64,000 nt of DNA from Octopus vulgaris (lineage: Eukaryota). Below are positions 38,580 through 50,100 of the stretch, piece by piece. The position numbers were made by a program, and so were the translations under genes. The notes under the pieces are model-generated. The model saw nothing but the letters and a program-made list of their open reading frames with translations, was not told the DNA's origin and did no database searches. Every line of letters begins with the position of its first letter. Within the stretch, counting starts at the first letter, position 1. Location: contig OX597816.1 in assembly GCA_951406725.2 (NCBI GenBank), forward strand, positions 174,840,001-174,904,000, given 5' to 3'.

Positions 38580-39860
38580 CTGAGAACTTATCATGTGAAG
38601 GGAATTATTGAGCATGCAATAGGGGCTAGTGTAAGAACCACCTTGAAGTACCACATAGTAAAGTTTAACAAGCAACTATACATACAAGTTCAAGGTGCAG
38701 CCTTTGGTGTTGGTGTAGCTGGAGAATGTGACTGGCCTTTTCATGACTTAGTGGTACAGAAAACTTTAGTAATCCTTAGCAGAACAGTCCACAACTCTTC
38801 TACTTTACAGTAGCATCATAGTCAAGACCAACTTTGGTAACAGTAACGTAGAAACTGAGAGGAACATAATGGAGAGCATCCAGCAAGTAGCTAACTCCAT
38901 CCACCAAAATATTGAGGTAACTATAGATTACCCCACTAAGCACCCCAACAGTAGACTCCCTGTCCTTGATACTGAACTTTGGTTAGAGACTGTGAACAGC
39001 AGAGTGCAGCTCCTCCACTCCTATTACCTAAAACCCATAGCTTCAAAATATGTTGTTCACAAGAACTCAGCTTTGTCACACAACATGAAAATTAACATAC
39101 TGATAGCAGACTTAGTTAGGATAATGTCCCCACTATGCAAACCCTATGAAATGAAGAAACATATACTGATCTTCATGCAATTCTCTGGATATTATCAGAA
39201 AGATAGGGTTTGAGTATACAGGGGTGCTAGAAAGAAATTAGATAACATTATATGTAATGATACCAGTGGTACCTTCCCTTGATATAGAAGCAAAGACTGA
39301 AAGCTTGTGACAAAGCAAACAGGGTGAACACGTGGTATAAAACTGACAAATATTAAGGAGTGATGTTTTTAGAGGCCCAGCCCTTGGAGAACTAGCCCAT
39401 AGATTTAGGAAAGCTCTGAAGGAGACCACACTCAACATTAAGATTGTTGAAAAGCCAGAGAACTCCATCAGATCACAACTATGTAGGACATACCCCTTTG
39501 AGAATACCATATACAGCAACGATAATTGCATGGTATGTAGGATTAGCCCTGTAGAACTACAAATGTAGTTTACAGCATAAGATGCATAGATGGTACTTGT
39601 AAGGACATGAACATGACGTACATAGGAGAGACATCTAGGAGCATTGTGGAACAACTAAACGAACATCTGAGACAATATGACGACAGAAAACAGTCCTCCA
39701 TATTCTACCAACATACCAAGGACCAACATGAAGGCAACCTGGGTCAACTTGACATCTGCATTTTATCCAAGCACCCAAAGGACCCAACACTCAAAGAAAT
39801 ACGGGAGTATGTCCTCATAAATGAAACATCCCCAGTATTAAATAGGAAATACACATAGTA
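38580..39860 (+). mobile_element. Penelope-like element fragment (RT end + GIY-YIG), decayed
   Basis: FNKQLYIQVQGAAFG, LPVLDTEL, YIGETSRSIVEQLNEH, PVLNRK. Confidence 0.8.
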
Positions 39861-40258
39861 GATTATCATACCCCCATACCCACAGTTTATATTTATATAC
39901 AGGTAGAATAGTTAGTGGGTTGTTATGTAGATAGATGTATGTATGTGTGTGTGTATATATGTATGCACATCTATGTAAGCAAATGAATATGAAAGTAAAA
40001 AGATAGACATACAGACAGATAGGTAAATAGGTAATATGAACAGACAAGCATACATACACACACACATGCAAATGAAGACTGAAATACATGACCATATACA
40101 CACACACTTCACTTCACACAAGGACACATATGGAGACACATGTCTATACATACAAACACAGTACGTACACACATACTCAGACGTACACACACAAACACGA
40201 ACATGCAGAATACATACATACAAACGTACACACACATACATATATACATACATTTATT

Positions 40259-40477
40259 AAGGTGGCGAGCTGGCAGACTCGTTAGCACGCCGGGCGAAAT
40301 GCGTAGCCGTATTTCGTCTGCCGTTATGTTCTGAGTTCAAATTCCGCCGAGGTCGACTTTGCCTTTCATCCTTTCGGGGTCAATAAATTAAGTACCAGTT
40401 ACGCACTGGGGTCGATGTAATCGACATAATCCGTTTGTCCCCTCTGTGTTTAGCCCCTTGTGGGCAGTAGTGAAATA
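40259..40477 (+). mobile_element. tRNA-derived SINE with Tx1-like 3' tail
   Basis: TGGCAGACTCGTTAG A-box-like and GAGTTCAAATTCC B-box-like head; near-identical to 3041-3273. Confidence 0.85.
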
Positions 40478-40726
40478 CATACATATATACATACGCACAC
40501 ACATGCATACATATATACATACATGTCTATGTGCACACACACTGACCTACACACATGCGCACAAATAAACAGAAGGAACGCAGCTTGAATAACGGTTGAC
40601 AACTATTGAAAAGGTTGCAAGACACAAAGAAAATTCTACAAAAATAGATGAGTGGAAATTTTAGTGGTGAGAAGGTTAAATGATAAGACACTAAAAGAGA
40701 ATGACTATCCCCAGACACAACTGTAT

Positions 40727-41148
40727 ACTCCTTTACTCCTTTACTTGTTTCAGTCATTTGACTGCGGCCATGCAGAAGCACTGCCTTTTAGTCAAGCAAC
40801 TCGACCCCGGGACTTATTCTTTTTATAAGCCCAGTACTTATTCTATCGGTCTCAATTTTGCCAAACCGCTAAGTGACGGGGACGTAAACACACCAGCATC
40901 GGTTATCAAGCAATGCTAGGGGAACAAACACAGACACACAAATACACACACATACATATATATGTATATACATATATACGACAGGCTTCTTTCAGTTTCC
41001 GTCTACCAAATCTACTCACAAGGCATTGGTCGGCCCGGGGCTATAGCAGAAAACACTTGCCCAAGATGCCACGCAGTGGGACTGAACCCAGAACCATGTG
41101 GTTGGTTAGCAAGCTACTTACCACACAGTCACTCCTGCGCCTATATGA

Positions 41149-41185
<37 letters not shown>

Positions 41186-42143
41186 CACACACACACACAT
41201 AGAATATATACATGTGTGTGTGTGTGTGTGTATATATATGTGTATGTATGTATATATATTATATATAAAGGCACAAGAGTGGTTGTGTGATAAGTAGCTT
41301 GCTTACCAACCACATCTTGAGCAAGTGTCTTCTGCTATAGCCTCAGCCAACCAAAGTCTTGTGACTGGATTTGGTAGATGGATACTGAAAGAAATCTGTT
41401 GTGTGTATATATATATATATATGGCATTAGGAAGGGCATCCAGCTGTAGAAACACTGCCAAATCAGACTGGAGCCTGGTGCAGCCTCCCGGCTTTCCAGA
41501 CCCCGATTGAACCATCCAACCCATGCTAGCATGGAAAATGGACGTTAAACGATGATGATGATGATGATGTGATATATATATATGTATGTATGTATATATA
41601 TATATGTGTGTTTGTGTGTCTGTGTTTGTCCCTGTAACTTAGCAGTTTGGCAAAAGAAACCAGTAGAATAAGTACTAGGCTTACAAAGAATAAGTTCTGG
41701 GGTCGATTTGTTCGAATAAAGATGGTGCTTCAGCATGGCCACAGTCAAAGGATTGAAACGAGTATATGTGTGTGTCCATGTATATATGTGTGTACATATA
41801 TTACATATGTATATATATATTCTTTTATTCTTTTACTTGTTTCAGTCATTTGACTGCAGCCATGCCAAAGCACTGCCTTTCGTCGAGCAAATCGACCCCA
41901 GGATTTATTGTATGTAAGCCTAGTACTTATTCTATCAGTTCTTTTGAGAAACCGCTAAGTTACATATATATACGATGGGCTTCTTTCAGTTTCCATCTAC
42001 CAAATCCACTCAAAAGGCTTTGGTCCTAAGGCTATTGTAAAAGACACTTGCCCAAGTTGCCACGCAGTGGGAATGAACCCGGAACCATGTAGTTAGTAAG
42101 GAAGCTACTTATCACACAGCCACTCCTGCGTATTATATAAGTA

Positions 42144-42184
<41 letters not shown>

Positions 42185-42345
42185 TTTTATATAGTTGAAA
42201 TTTATAGAAAAACAAAAGACAAAGACAGGTATATGAACAACAAGCAGGTGTGTTAGTTTGATGCTTGGGAAAATGCAAAAGTCTTTATATACATATAAAG
42301 GTGCTCCAGCAGGGCTGCAGTGAAATGACTGAAACAAATAAAAAA
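40727..42345. mobile_element. Cluster of SINE family A copies and fragments (40727-41144 -, 41270-41762 + with family C insert, 41821-42131 -)
   Basis: Shared head and tail sequence with other family A copies, separated by (TA)/(CA) runs. Confidence 0.8.
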
Positions 42346-42408
42346 ACATATATATTACATATATATGTATATATATACAAATAAATTGAATTTTTTATTT
42401 ATACATAC

Positions 42409-42454
<46 letters not shown>

Positions 42455-42457
<3 letters not shown>

Positions 42458-44679
42458 AGTCATTCAGTGTCACTACTAGATAGTAAACGTGCCGCTTTGT
42501 TGGTTTTCAAAGGCTCAAAATCACTCTCATCACTGGAAATATTTAATGGCAATATATCTCCACATGTATCTTGAATAAAATTAACATGTTGTGTTTCTTT
42601 TGTTTCACTGGTTTTGAATACAAATTTGGTTATCAGACACTGTGATTTTGTTTTTGTTAGTTCTTCATATGATTCTTCATAACATGCTATAATCATTTTC
42701 AAATCACATCGGAGTTGCACAGCTCATTCACCATAGTTATCATTTGTAAGAAAACGGTTTCCAAGTTTATTGGCTATTTGGAAGCCTTCCCGAATTGTAC
42801 TTCCTGTTTATAGTAGTGATGATGAAGAAGTGGTTCCACTAACCTGAAATCACATACATTCTCTGAAATACTCTCTATAATTTGTTCTTCATTAGGAGCT
42901 TCGTCAGTTGTTAATTCTGCAATATCTTCACTTGTTAATTCTTCAAAACCTTCTCTGCCAATCTGATGTGACAAAGTGATGATATCAGAATGTAATTCAT
43001 TCATATTTATGCTAGGTATGAGATGTTTAGGCTTTACACATTCTGGCCAAATTGATCTCCAGCATGCATTTAGGGTGGATGGCTTTAATTTGGATAAAGC
43101 TAGGGCAGCATATTTAACACCATTAATTGTAGTAATTTTTTTCCATGCTTGAATGATTGAAAGTGTACCATCTTTTCATCTATAATATACTCAAATGTTC
43201 ACTGGATATAATATGATTTGAATGTTGAAATTATACCCTGATCAAGTGGTTGAATCAGCGATGTATTAGGTGGCAAGAATATGACTTTTACATTCAGGTG
43301 TTCCAAATCCAGATGACTGGCTACATTGTCTATAAGTAAAAGGACGTTAAACTCAAGACCTTTATCTTCCATATATCTTCTTACTTCAGGAACGAAGTAG
43401 TTGTTAAACCATTCAGTAAATATTTCTGCTGTCATCCATGATTTTTTATTGGCTCTCCAATGAATTGGTAATTTACTTAGGTCTACACCTTTCATTGCAT
43501 GCAGACGAACTGATTGATAAATTAATAAGTTTTAACAAACAATCTCCTGAAGCGTTGCTACATAACAAGAAAGTTCCATGGTCTTTAGCTACCTTAACAC
43601 CACTGGCACTTTTCTCTGATTTTGCTATATATGTTCTGTTTGGCATTTTTTTTTTTCCCAAAAAGACCAGTTTCATCTGCATTGAAAACTTGGTCTGAAA
43701 TGTAACCACCTTCTTCAATTATTTTGGCTAGTTTTGGAAGAAATTCTTCAGCAACAGTCTTATATGCCAGTGAAATTTCACCTCACATTTTTATATTATG
43801 CAGTGCGTGTCTTTCAAGGAATTTTGTAAGCCATCCCGTACTTGCAGCAAATTCATTCTTCTTTTTATCACTAGACAGATGTAACACACTTGATGATTCC
43901 AGATCATTAATCTTCTTGTAAAATTGTAATGCCATCTGTTTTATGGTTTTACCATCTACTGTTATCCTTTTTGTGATTGTTTTCTTCTATCAATATTATT
44001 AAAGCTTTCTCCATTTTTTTCTTGAATCATGTCTCTTATATATGACAACTTGGCAGATAATTTTGTTCCAGAAGCTATAGATCTTCTAATGGCAGCACCA
44101 TTCCTTTTGATCGTTCTTATCGTAGCTTCATTCAGGCAGAAAGCCCTTCCCTAAGACACTGCACTTTTGCCCTTATGAAGACGATCCAAAATATTGATTT
44201 TGGTTTCCAAAGAAATTGATGCTCTTTTATTTTTCTTAGATGTATCAACCGACATTTTGGGGTTATCACGATTGCAAATAAAAAAATATCGCAGAGGATG
44301 AAACACGCAACACTTCTTTTGTTTTAGACCAGATGCTAATGACTGCCACTGCACACCATCTCATGGAGCAGTTACACGTAGCCAGAGCTATGTAGAGTGC
44401 ATAGGTCCTGCCCACACCGAAGAGTGGGGGATCACTATATGGAAAAATTAGATTGGATTGTATTTTACTTCACTAAATTCTTACTTAATCATAATTATGT
44501 AGAGTTTTGGAGTTTTGTAAATTATAATTGATTGATGTTTACTTGCCACTTGCAATAGATTCCATGGTCACACAAGGACAGATGTTTAAACTGTTAAAGT
44601 AAAAAAATAGTGCAAAAAAATATCAGTTCTTTTTGTTAGACCATGTTATTTCTAAACCGTGCAAAAAGAGAATTGAGTG
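42455..44679 (-). mobile_element. pogo/Tigger-like transposon, decayed; 3' TIR not found
   Basis: RASISLETKINIL (HTH), MPNRTYIAK, WRANKKSWMTAEIF, VLLLIDNVASH, FLPPNTSLIQPLDQGII; TA-flanked putative 5' terminus CACTCAATTCTC. Confidence 0.85.
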
Positions 44680-44735
44680 TATACATATATTACATACATA
44701 TGTATGTATATATGCATGCATTGCATATATATGTA

Positions 44736-45972
44736 TTAGGTCATCAAGTATGAAATTTGTAGAAAAGAAAAAAGGTTGCTAATATTTTATAAATACAAGG
44801 AATAGTTTTATTCATCAAAGTATGCATCCATATTGTCAATATACTTTTGCCATTTCAGTGGTAGCTTGTCCAGCTCAGAACTATAAAAGCCTGGCAATCT
44901 AGAGTCAATAAAATCTTGGAAGGCCTGTTTTACAGCATCATTGGAATTAAATTTTTTTTCCTATTAAAACCTTATCCAAATTCTGGAAGAGGTGGTAGTC
45001 AGTGGGGGTAAGGTCAGGTGAGTAGGGTGGATGATGGAGAACTGCCAATTCCAACCCCTGTAGTTTCACCAATGTCATTTTTGTAATGTGTGGTCTGGCA
45101 TTGTCTTGCAATAAAATAGAAGTGGATCTGTTGTCTAACCTAGGCTGTGCTTTTGTAAGTTTCTGCATCATTTGGTCCAGTTGGCTGCAGTAGACTTCAA
45201 CCATGATTGATGAGCCATGTTTAATGAGATCATAATGGATCACATCTGCACCAGATCACCAAACACATACCATCAGCTTCTTTTGATGAATTTTGCTTTT
45301 TGGACTGTTTTGGTAGCTTGTCTTTGTCCAGCCATTGTGCTGAACATTTACTGTTGTTGTATTGGATCCATTTCTCATCACATGTTACAATTTGATTAAA
45401 AAATGATTCATTTTTGTGACAAGAAAGTAGCATAATGCAGGCTTCCAAACATTGCTGCTTCTGATTTTCATTGAGTTCAGGTGGAACTCACTTATCCAAC
45501 TTTTTCACTTAACCGATTTGAACTAGGTGAGTCAATATTGTTTGCTTGCTAACACCAAACAACAACGGTAACTCACGGACACTTTGAGATGGATTTGACT
45601 TGATGGTGGCTTTCAGTTCATCATTATCCACATTTGTTTCTTGTTGGCTGAATTGCTCATTTGTGAGGTCAAAATTACCAGAACAAAATTTTGTAAACCA
45701 ATTTGATACTGTCTGCTGTGTAATAACAATAGAATGAAATAACCCATTAATATTCTGAGCTATCTGTGATGTTGTATTTCCAAGAAAGCAGTCATATTTC
45801 AAAAGTGTACGAATTTCCCAAAAACTATTTATAAATACTTTATAAAGCGCAAAATGAGTCAAAGAAATAGATGTGTCAGCTTTCTAACAAAAAATATTGT
45901 CAAAATATAATAATGGCGCAAAATGAGAAGCTGTCAAAGTTTACCTTACAAATTTCATACTTGACAACCTAA
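44736..45972 (-). mobile_element. Full-length decayed mariner transposon
   Basis: TA-flanked TIRs TTAGGT(CA/TG)TCAAGTATGAAATTTGTA; IVTCDEKW, QDNARPH, HPPYSPDLTPTDYHLF; 1237 bp. Confidence 0.93.
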
Positions 45973-46001
45973 TATATATGTATATATATATTATGTATAA
46001 A

Positions 46002-47542
46002 CTAGCAGAGGCACCCAGCGTTGTCCAGGAATGAAATTGTTCCTTGTATATTGGAAGATAAAAACAAAATATATTGTAAAGAAATTTGTTATTCTAAATT
46101 GAGTTTATCCATCAATTGGGAAATCAATTCTGAATTCATAATACAACAACAACAACAATAATAATAATAATGATAAAATCTTATATGCACAGTGTTGTTC
46201 TGGAAGAAGTTTAGGTTCATGTTCATTCACAAATGTAACCAAGTTTGTGATGTCATAATTTGTCTCTCTTGATATGTCTCCTGAAGTTAAATCACTAATT
46301 TGATGGCTTGTTTTCAGCAATCCAGAGCAGGACTCTTGCAAATTTTTGCTTCCCATGGCCAAAACTCAATCCTCAATTTCAGTCAGTGCTTGGTTAAACA
46401 TTGTTTCAGAGAACTGAATACTGATATCTGGGTTTGCCTGTTGAATTGCATACTTTAAGTCCTCAACCATGTCCTCATGATGTTTCATCCAAAGCTGTAG
46501 GGGACTGCCAAGTTGACACATGTTCAGTATAATTGCAAAAAGGTTACGGAATTTCCTTGGAGAATCTGATACTGATGCTTCAGTCAATGCAAGGTCCCAA
46601 TGTTTATCATTTTCTGAAAAAAAAACCTTGTTGATAGCATACTTCCCTATAAGTTTCACACACATGACCATCTACCCTCCTCAAATCTTGGAATGATTTG
46701 GGACCACATACTTCATGCAAAAGGAGGCGTAAGTAGTAGCATTCTGCTTGGCTTGTGGGGAACACTGTAAACTCTTGCAAGGGCATTAGCCCCAAATTTT
46801 GTCTTGTATCATTTATTGTTTTTCCAGGTGTAATACTTGGGTAATTGTGAGTAAAGGAGTTTTCTTGCATCTTCATCTACTTGACACAACTTAAAAAAGG
46901 TAATAAGGCCAGTTTCTTTTGAAGAAAGTGCTTGTTGCAAGGCTGTTTGTTTTGTAAAGGTAACCTCGTGGCCATTCTCTAGATGGACACTGAGATGAAT
47001 GATGACTGGGTACCTCTCATGAATGGGAAAATTGAAAAGCCTCATTGGCACTGATGTGGCTTCCTCTGTCATACTGTACGTCTTTGTCCTTTTTATTTAT
47101 CTGCTGACTGCCATTCTGCATAAGAGTGTATGTTGCAGCATCTAAACCTTTGTTTATATATTTGCAAACATACTTGAGAGAGTCAACAGAGTTGCAGAGT
47201 CCAACATTGACTCTGGCTACCTATACTCATCTTTGCTTCACTGTAGAATACTGATCATCTACATCTACCCCAACTCATCTTTTACAAAAATTTAAATGGG
47301 ATTAAATGAAAAAATGAGTCACATGAATATCTTCACAAGAGTATTTGAAATAAAAGGCAATTGTGGAACGCCCCACACACGCGCACACACACACACACAC
47401 ACACACACAGAATATCAAACATCAGATGAGATGGACGTGTATGAGAAAGAGAGAAGGGTTGTGTTGTCATGTATATGTACATACAAAAATATGCATACAT
47501 CTTTTTGTGTGTGTGTATAAGGGAGAGAGAATGACACTTAGA

Positions 47543-47586
<44 letters not shown>

Positions 47587-48145
47587 TCACACACATACAT
47601 GCAAATGTATGCATATGAATTTATGTATGTATACATGATTCACTCATTCACTCTCTCTCTCTCTCTCACAAACACACATACATAAATGTATACAAATGTT
47701 CTTACAAGAACACACGTGTGCATGTGTGACTGACTTGTGCGTGTGAGAGAGAATATTGCGAACAATGAATGTAATAAACATGAAATGTAAAAGTCGTATA
47801 AATAAAAGCTCTTGTACAGAATGTTTAAATTTGTGAACTTAAATATTTCTTTCAGTAATTTATCGTAGTTGTTTGCAAATAGTGAAAACTTGAAATGAAA
47901 ACACAGAAATAGGGAATGAGGCTTTTTACTGTTGCTACATCAAAACTGGAAGCTGACATTGAGAAACTTTTTAAAGAAGTGAATGCTATATATGAAGCAA
48001 TATTATTTCTAATAAAAAGATCAAATGAAGAGCCTGAAATTTGTCCAAGGCCAAATTATTCATGCATCACAAGTATGAAAGCAGTTGGTGAAGCAATTTT
48101 TGTGTGAAAAGCGAATACACAGGCATCTCTATTTTATATATTAGA
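46002..48145 (-). mobile_element. Internally deleted Helitron with Rep/helicase remnants
   Basis: A|TCTAATATATAAAA 5' end; ...CCTGGACAACGCTGGGTGCCTCTGCTAG|T 3' end; KYVCKYINKG, RYPVIIHLSVHLENG, YYLRLLLHEVCGPKSF, RNLFAIIL. Confidence 0.88.
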
Positions 48146-48162
48146 TGTATATTCAAAATATA

Positions 48163-48193
<31 letters not shown>

Positions 48194-48302
48194 GGAACAA
48201 AAATGCAACAGAGGACAATAAAACATTCAGCAGATAGGCGATACAAAGGTGGACTGGAAAATACAAGTAAAGGACAGGCAAAAAAAAGACGGGTCATTCA
48301 TG

Positions 48303-48384
48303 GCCCTCCTTCCTCAGTCAGGTTCCCAGAAGTCCTTACTGTTTTGGGCAGTTACACTTGAGACAGTTCGATCTGGTTACCCCC
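48303..48384 (-). ncRNA. Putative rearranged hammerhead ribozyme, copy 1 (G12 mutated)
   Basis: ccagauc GA acugU C ucaagu guaacu gccc AAAA cagu AAG GA cuucugg ga accuga CUGAGGA agga gggc. Confidence 0.55.
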
Positions 48385-49034
48385 CAAAAAGTCTAAGCTA
48401 AGAGCATTAGATTTTTTTTGTAAGAAAGCTAGTAAATGTGTGTGGCAACAAAGACTAAAAAATGGAGAACATGGTACACAATTACAAATACAAAAAAAGG
48501 AAAATAACAACAGGTGTCTTTTGACTGAGAATGAATCAAATTGAGCTGGTGTGTATTAAGTGAAAGCCTAAAAGCAGAAACATAGGAGATGGACATAAGA
48601 GGTGTTGGCGGTCAGCAGTTAGGCCAAGAAAGAAAGATCGTGGCTGGACAGACACCAGTCATGTGGAAGAAGAGAGGGGTTGGAGGCAGTGGGATTGACG
48701 GATTGTAAAAAAAATCACAGACAATGGGAAAGGTACAGGGGAGATAAATGAAGGGGAAAAAAGTGTGAGTTAAAGACAGAAAGGGCCAAGAAATATGAGA
48801 GAGGGGGGGGAGTGAGAAAAGTGGAAAAATAATGACTAAAAGAAAGAGTAAGAGTCATACAAAATGTAGATACCTACTATTAGGTGAGCATAAGTGTACG
48901 TATGCCACTATATGTATATATAAATATAAAAATAAAAATCTCAACAGAGGAGAATAAAACATTCGGACAGACAATACAGAGGTGGACAGGAGAAACAAAA
49001 ATTAGGACAGGCAAAAGGAGAGGGTTCATTTATA

Positions 49035-49091
49035 GCCCTCCTTCCTCAGTTAAGTTACTTAACTGTTTCGGACAGGCACACTTGTGACAGT
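49035..49091 (-). ncRNA. Putative rearranged hammerhead ribozyme, copy 2 (truncated, stem I mismatched)
   Basis: acugU C acaagu gugccu gucc GAAA cagu uaagua acuuaa CUGAGGA agga gggc. Confidence 0.5.
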
Positions 49092-49148
49092 ATATGTGGC
49101 GATTTTTTTTCCTCTGTCTTCCCTTCTCTGGATCTTTCCTTCTCCTAT

Positions 49149-49183
49149 GTTTCCGACAAAGAGCTCCGCTCGAAATGTTAAAC
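49149..49183 (+). ncRNA. Degenerate minimal type I hammerhead-like motif
   Basis: guuu CCGACAA a gagc-ucc-gcuc GAAA ug UU aaac. Confidence 0.45.
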
Positions 49184-49342
49184 CCTCCTTTCCTGAGCAT
49201 CCAATAATACTATATTTGTTCCACGTCCTCGCGTTGTTGTGTTTTTTTTGTGCTTTCTTGTTTGGATTAACTATATATATATATATATATATGAAAAAAC
49301 AAGTCAAAAATAGAAAATGCTAAAATAATTTTATAGTGAACA

Positions 49343-49386
49343 TTTCAGTACCGGTTTCGGTCATTTTGAGACCTTTTCAACTGTAA
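49343..49386 (-). ncRNA. Minimal type I hammerhead-like motif, U3:A8 variant
   Basis: uuacag UUGAAAA gguc-ucaaaau-gacc GAAA ccgg UA cugaaa. Confidence 0.65.
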
Positions 49387-50100
49387 CGATTAAATAATTA
49401 AATTTAGAAAAATTAGAAGAAAAGTTTTTTTAAAAGAATATTTCTATAGTAGTGTTCAGATTTAAGTGGCATTCTGCCTTTCTCTGACTCCCTTGTTTGC
49501 ACTTGTGTGTCGGAGGTCGTTGTGAGTTCTTGGAAGGGTAGTAGAGGAAGAAGGCTGGTGGGGAAAGGGGGATGGGAGAATCTGGGAGTGCCCTGATGGT
49601 CGTATTTTGAATGGTCAGTGGCGGCTGGCAGTCTCAGTTCAATTCAGGAGAATATTTATATTGACAGGCTTGTTTATAGAATTAGCGTAGGTGTTATACT
49701 AAAAAACATTAGCGACAAAGTTAAGGGGTAGGGGGTGGAGAAGTAGAAGAAGAAGAAGGAGAAGGAGAAGATGACGATGATGGTGTTTTTCCTTAGTAAT
49801 GATCGGCCATTTTGTATTCCTATTGTATGTGTCTTTATTTGTGCATGTAGGAATGTATCTGTATTATCAGTATCCCCTGTTTATACATATTCGTTTAATT
49901 TGCTTTTATCTATTTTGTCCATGTTTATATCAGCTTATTTTTTCTTTTCTTTCTACAATATATATATGTATATATATAATATGTATATATATATTACGGA
50001 GACGGACTTGCATAGCAAGTGACCTGAAGTGAGGTGGTGTGTTGGAACGAAAACAATTGCAGCATGGAAGGTGTTTATAAGCCATTTAAGAAACACAAAA

